Source: an uncultured Flavobacteriales bacterium (GTDB taxonomy: Bacteria; Pseudomonadota; Alphaproteobacteria; UBA8366; CAVOAK01). From it: a stretch of DNA of 64,000 bases. The stretch spans positions 267,225-331,224 of the forward strand of contig CAYQNO010000009.1 in assembly GCA_964419045.1 (NCBI GenBank), read 5' to 3'. Position 1 is the first letter of the stretch. Each line of letters opens with the position of its first letter. The position numbers were made by a program, and so were the translations under genes. The notes under the pieces are model-generated. The model did not search any database. It was given only the letters and a program-made list of their open reading frames with translations, and had not been told where the DNA came from. This document shows, one piece after another, positions 59,840 to 64,000 of the stretch.

Positions 59840-60817
59840 TTAGCGGAAAGGATCGCCGGTCGCCAAGTAATCAATTATGTAACGTGCGATACCATCTTCG
59901 AGTTTTGTAAAAGGTTTACAATAGCCGGCTTCACGTAATCGTTTAATTTTGGCCTCAGTAAAATATTGATATTTTTCTCTAATCTGAGCTGGCATATCGA
60001 TAAATTTAATGCTCTCTTGACGGTTCATTGCAGCAAAGCAAGCACGTGCTAAATCTGTAAAGCTGCGGGCTATTCCAGTACCGCAATTGAAAATTCCACT
60101 CACTTGTGGATTGTCGTAGGCCCACAATATCACATCGATGCAGTCCTCAACCCAGATGAAATCGCGCATTTGATCGCCGTTTTTATAATCCGGATGGTGG
60201 GAATTGAACAGCTCTGCCGTGCCATTATTGTCTATCTGCTCATACAGTTGCGCGACTACACTTCGCTGGCCACCCTTGTGGTATTCGTTTGGACCGAAGG
60301 CATTAAAGAATTTCAGCCCAACCCACTGGGTTGGATGCGATTGGTTCTCTACCAAATGTAACACGTTGAGATCGAATAGATGCTTTGACCAGCCATAAAG
60401 ATTGAGTGGCTTTAACAAAACGAGTTCCTTTGGATCGTCATCAAAACCCGCTGAACCATCACCATATGTTGCTGCTGACGACGCATAAATTAGTCGGGTA
60501 TCATGTTTACAGCACCAACGCCATATTGCGAGAGAGAGGGAAAAATTATGTTTTATTATGCTGTCAGCGTCACTTTCCGTCGTTGACGATCTAGCCCCTA
60601 GGTGAATGATAGTTTGGATCTCGTTTGCTTTTGTATCAAGCCATGAAAACATGGCTTCTGGAGGAATGAAGTCCGCAATAGTGTGTTTGGAAATGTTTCG
60701 CCATTTTTCGTCATTACCCAGCCAATCGCATACGACGACCGGTTGGTTGTAGCGTTCAGTAAGTGCTGCGACTACGTTAGAACCGATGAAGCCGGCGCCG
60801 CCTGTGACTAAGATCAT
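59840..60817 (-). CDS. hldD: ADP-L-glycero-D-manno-heptose 6-epimerase
   Basis: 325 aa from the ATG at 60817. MILVTGGAGFIGSN, YASSAATYG, YGWSK, FNAFGPNE.HKG and GIFNCGTG are collinear with E. coli HldD as I recall it. The stop codon abuts the lgt start. Confidence 0.9.
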   Translation of the reverse strand: MILVTGGAGFIGSNVVAALTERYNQPVVVCDWLGNDEKWRNISKHTIADFIPPEAMFSWLDTKANEIQTIIHLGARSSTTESDADSIIKHNFSLSLAIWRWCCKHDTRLIYASSAATYGDGSAGFDDDPKELVLLKPLNLYGWSKHLFDLNVLHLVENQSHPTQWVGLKFFNAFGPNEYHKGGQRSVVAQLYEQIDNNGTAELFNSHHPDYKNGDQMRDFIWVEDCIDVILWAYDNPQVSGIFNCGTGIARSFTDLARACFAAMNRQESIKFIDMPAQIREKYQYFTEAKIKRLREAGYCKPFTKLEDGIARYIIDYLATGDPFR

Positions 60818-60970
60818 ATTCAAATTCCAAAGTTTACTGAATTGTCCGTTATAGGCGAGGTCCAAGCGTGCTACAAGAAGCTGCACTTAGGTTGTTTAAA
60901 GATTAGGAGCAACCTATATGAGTGTCGTCCTCGACCTGAATAGTACGTAAACGGAGGAGGTGGTTCGATA

Positions 60971-61306
60971 ATGCAGACAGAAAATCGATTTTTCGATGAC
61001 TTAGCGCGAGTTGCGGGTGGCGCGCTAGGTTCATTGGCAGACGCCCGCTCGGAACTCGAAATTCGCCTAAAGCAGCAGTTCAAACAGATTTTAGAGGAGA
61101 TGGAATTAGTTAATCGGGAGGAATTTAATGCTGTCAAGGCAATGGCGAGTAAAGCGCGCAAAGAACAATTATCCTCAGAAAAACGCATTGTGGTGCTAGA
61201 AAAGGCTCTCGGCATCAAATCGAAACTGACAAAAAGTAGAAGTGTTCGTAGTCCAAGCGCTAAGGGTAAGATACCAACAGGTAAACGGAAGTCGAAAACA
61301 CCATAA
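60971..61306 (+). CDS. ubiK: UbiK/YqiC (BMFP) family accessory factor
   Basis: 111 aa with an N-terminal FFDDLARVAGGALG motif followed by a coiled coil (LVNREEFNAVKAMASKAR) and a basic tail. Confidence 0.75.
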   Translation: MQTENRFFDDLARVAGGALGSLADARSELEIRLKQQFKQILEEMELVNREEFNAVKAMASKARKEQLSSEKRIVVLEKALGIKSKLTKSRSVRSPSAKGKIPTGKRKSKTP

Positions 61307-61547
61307 GTTGCGGAGAGTAATATTTTCCCGGCGGCAGCTCTCAGTAATCTTTTTAACAATCCGGATCTGTACTTGCAACGGGAGTAATCCCTGTGGCATG
61401 CTAGGTGTTGTGGTTATGAGGCTGCTCGCCACAAGATATTTGATAAAGTCCCTAACTGGGGTGAGCCTATTGATATCGATCGACAGCAACGCAGTTGGTA
61501 GCTTGTGATGCTTGTTTCTGATTTTATCAGGGAGCATGCGGATGATA

Positions 61548-62045
61548 ATGACGCAAGTTGAAGTCGGCGATTTTCAATCCAACCCGCTCGATACACTTGA
61601 AGATGTTCTCAAGGCAAACGAGTGGCCGTTTGATCGCGCTGCGGAAGATCAACTCGTCGTCGAGACGGTTGGGCGGTGGTGTGACTACCGTATGTTGTTT
61701 GTGTGGCGTGCCGAAATAAACGCGCTTTACTTCAGCTGTGCCCTTGATACCAAAGTGCCAGTGGAAAAACGAGGTGAAATAAACCACCTATTGGTAAAGG
61801 CTAATGAAATTTTGTGGTTTGGTCACTTTGAGATGTGTTCGAGCGAATTTTCTCCATTGTTTCGCCATACAATGCTTACTCGGGGAATGCGAGGCATAGC
61901 AGTAGAGCAGTTAGAAGATCTTATGGATATTGCGGTTGGAGAGTGTGATCGGTTCTTTCCCGCGTTTCAATTCCTAATTTGGGGGGGGATGTCGGCCCAG
62001 GACGCATTGGATTTAGCCATGCTCGAGACGGTTGGTAAGGCTTGA
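61548..62045 (+). CDS. YbjN-domain (putative sensory transduction / T3SS-chaperone-like fold) protein
   Basis: 165 aa from the ATG at 61548. The pattern NPLDTLEDVLKANEWPFDR...LYFSCALDTKVP is typical of the YbjN-like gene found upstream of proC in alphaproteobacteria. Confidence 0.7.
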   Translation: MTQVEVGDFQSNPLDTLEDVLKANEWPFDRAAEDQLVVETVGRWCDYRMLFVWRAEINALYFSCALDTKVPVEKRGEINHLLVKANEILWFGHFEMCSSEFSPLFRHTMLTRGMRGIAVEQLEDLMDIAVGECDRFFPAFQFLIWGGMSAQDALDLAMLETVGKA

Positions 62046-62059
62046 TTGAGTAGTTCATC

Positions 62060-62890
62060 GTGACAAAAATTCTAGAACGTCCTTTGCTCCTCGTTGGTTG
62101 TGGTAAAATGGGTGCAGTGCTGCTCGATGGGTGGCTTGAGAGTGGTATTCTGGGTGCAGGTGTATCAATAATCGAACCAATGCTTAGCAAGAGTCAAAAC
62201 CCCTTTGGGGAATGGACCCAGGTCAATGGATTCAATCTTCCAACCGATTTACCGGACTCGTTTAGACCCGAAGTTGTCGTATTTGCTGTAAAACCCCAGA
62301 TATTGCCCGAGATATTACCGTACTACTCTCGCTTTGTAACGAAAGACACATTATTTCTTTCTATCGCTGCGGGTACGCCTATCGGTGTTCTAGAACGTGG
62401 GCTTGGAGCAAAGGCAGCAGTGGTTCGAGCGATGCCTAATATGCCTGCCGCGCTTCGTCTTGGTATCTCGGTCGCTTGTTCCAATGCAAATGTAGCAAAT
62501 TATCACGTAACTATCTGCAGGACCTTACTGGAGACGGTAGGTGAGTTACATATGGTCGATAATGAGGACTTGCTTGATGCAGTAACAGCAATCTCGGGTA
62601 GTGGACCTGCTTATATCTTTCACATGATTGAATGCCTGGTGCAGGCAGGTCAGGAAATTGGTTTACCGACTGAGTTGGCCGAACGTCTCGCTATTGTAAC
62701 TGTTTCTGGAAGTGGTCAGCTCGCACTTAAAGGTGATGATTCACCTGCTAAATTGCGCAATGACGTAACTAGTCCAGGCGGCACAACGGAGGCGGCAATT
62801 GCGGTATTGATGGAAAATGACTCGCTTAAAAAACTTGTAATCCGTGCAGTGAAGGCAGCTGCTAACCGTGGCCGCGAACTTGCTATGTGA
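62060..62890 (+). CDS. proC: Pyrroline-5-carboxylate reductase
   Basis: 276 aa with the NADP motif LLVGCGKMG, RAMPN.PA, SGSGPAY and TSPGGTT. It uses a GTG start. Confidence 0.9.
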   Translation: MTKILERPLLLVGCGKMGAVLLDGWLESGILGAGVSIIEPMLSKSQNPFGEWTQVNGFNLPTDLPDSFRPEVVVFAVKPQILPEILPYYSRFVTKDTLFLSIAAGTPIGVLERGLGAKAAVVRAMPNMPAALRLGISVACSNANVANYHVTICRTLLETVGELHMVDNEDLLDAVTAISGSGPAYIFHMIECLVQAGQEIGLPTELAERLAIVTVSGSGQLALKGDDSPAKLRNDVTSPGGTTEAAIAVLMENDSLKKLVIRAVKAAANRGRELAM

Positions 62891-62964
62891 TGGAAAAGGT
62901 TGCTGTAAACCTACCAGTAGCTAATAATTTTTGGTAAATTTATGGGAGACGGTGAAAATCTTAC

Positions 62965-64000
62965 CTAAATAGGAAGCTTTATTCGAGCACGCAGCCCACC
63001 TTGGGGTGACTCTTCCAGAATAATGTCGCCACCATGTCCTCTGGTAACGTCACGTGCAATAGCCAGACCGAGTCCTGTGCCACCAGTCTCTGGATTGCGT
63101 GACTGGTCAAGTCGAAAGAACGGTTTGAAAACGTCTTCTCGGTGGTTCTCCGCTATGCCTGGACCATCATCATCAATCGTAATCTCTATCTGATCTCCGC
63201 GGCGACCTGCCTGTACCCAAACTCGATCAGCATAGCGTCTAGCGTTCGCAATAAGATTACCAAGACATCTCCGGATTGACTGTGGTTTTACACTTGCCAC
63301 AAGCCTGTCCTCGATATGGCAGTCGATAGTGATACTGTCACGTTTCCAAGCACCAACGGATTCTTCGACTAATTCGGCGATGTCAGTTTCTATTGCAGGC
63401 TCATCGCCCTCACCCCGTGCAAAGGCGAGATAGCCATCTATCATATGCTCCATTTCTTCAACATCTGACTTAAGCTCGTTCACCGCACCGTCGTCTGACA
63501 TGGCTAGTTGGAGTTTCATACGGGTCAGCGGTGTTCGTAAGTCGTGACTGACACCTGATAGCATATCTGTACGTTGGCGCATCTGCCCTCTGATGCGATC
63601 GCGCATTAACTCAAATGCTTGAGCCGTTTGTCGAACCTCAGTTGCGCCTTCAATTTTAAATTCTTCTTCTATGTCACGGCCTTTACCCATACGGTCCACT
63701 GCTCGCGCTAGTCGCCTTATAGGCCGAATTTGGTTGCGCATGAAAATTGAGGCTACCGCGAATAGTATGAGAGATGTACCGATCATCCACATGATGAAAA
63801 TATAAGTCGTAGAGCTAAATAGTCTTTTCCCTGGTGCCACGGTTCGCAGCACAGCCTCCGGCAATTGAACGTCTATCACGACCTGTTTCCTGTAAGCAGA
63901 AGTATCTATCCGATATGGCCAGTGTACTTGTTCATCCATCGCTCGCATCAACATTCGATCTAACAACTTATTTGTTTTGGTAGACTCGTTGGGGAGAATT
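62965..64000 (-). CDS. Two-component sensor histidine kinase (EnvZ-like); the N-terminus lies beyond the window
   Basis: The frame stays open to base 64000. Contains a TM2 (YIFIMWMIGTSLILFAV), a HAMP region, the HisKA H-box SGVSHDLRTPLT, and the HATPase N, G1 and G2 boxes (NLIANARRY, DDDGPGI, GGTGLGLAI). Confidence 0.87.
   Translation of the reverse strand, partial: ILPNESTKTNKLLDRMLMRAMDEQVHWPYRIDTSAYRKQVVIDVQLPEAVLRTVAPGKRLFSSTTYIFIMWMIGTSLILFAVASIFMRNQIRPIRRLARAVDRMGKGRDIEEEFKIEGATEVRQTAQAFELMRDRIRGQMRQRTDMLSGVSHDLRTPLTRMKLQLAMSDDGAVNELKSDVEEMEHMIDGYLAFARGEGDEPAIETDIAELVEESVGAWKRDSITIDCHIEDRLVASVKPQSIRRCLGNLIANARRYADRVWVQAGRRGDQIEITIDDDGPGIAENHREDVFKPFFRLDQSRNPETGGTGLGLAIARDVTRGHGGDIILEESPQGGLRARIKLPI

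Noticed and set aside
1-64000. CRISPR arrays, IS elements, integrases, toxin-antitoxin pairs, reverse transcriptases, restriction-modification or other defence modules
   Set aside because: I saw no repeat-spacer periodicity, and none of the ORF translations shows transposase, integrase, RT, nuclease-NTPase or toxin motifs. The only DNA methyltransferase is the orphan cell-cycle CcrM type, with no adjacent endonuclease.

Overview
The window reads as a gene-dense, mostly housekeeping stretch of an alphaproteobacterial chromosome with moderate GC. This assignment is an inference from several features: a split atpI-B-E-F'-F operon with b and b' paralogues, CcrM, petABC, smc-dsbA-DUF721/mutY synteny, and UbiK/YbjN/ProC. 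All product calls come from motifs I recognise in the supplied translations; no searches were run.

Core content:
- glycine cleavage genes gcvT (partial), gcvH and gcvP
- ATP synthase F0 genes
- smc, mutY, ccrM, rnhB, ETF-QO, one tRNA-Gln(UUG), hemF and cytochrome bc1
- the mtnP, ychF-pth-rplY-prs cluster
- pgeF, a DUF185 methyltransferase, lgt, hldD and proC
- a partial EnvZ-like histidine kinase running off the 3' edge

I found no CRISPR array, transposase, integrase, prophage genes, rRNA or recognisable defence system.

The one clearly accessory block starts immediately 3' of tRNA-Gln and runs from about 25.0 to 39.1 kb. It holds:
- a radical SAM/SPASM enzyme
- two tandem, old Rieske oxygenase paralogues with no reductase partner
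- a Pot-like ABC importer
- an orphan DUF1116 (AllH-like) protein divergent from an amidase
- a CE4-fold hydrolase
- an M24-fold protein whose metal ligands appear substituted

This block has no transcription factor and contains several ORF-free, structured or AT-rich gaps. It is my best candidate for an uncharacterised system, most plausibly uptake and catabolism of a nitrogen-rich small molecule. That function is a hypothesis only. The other findings are minor.
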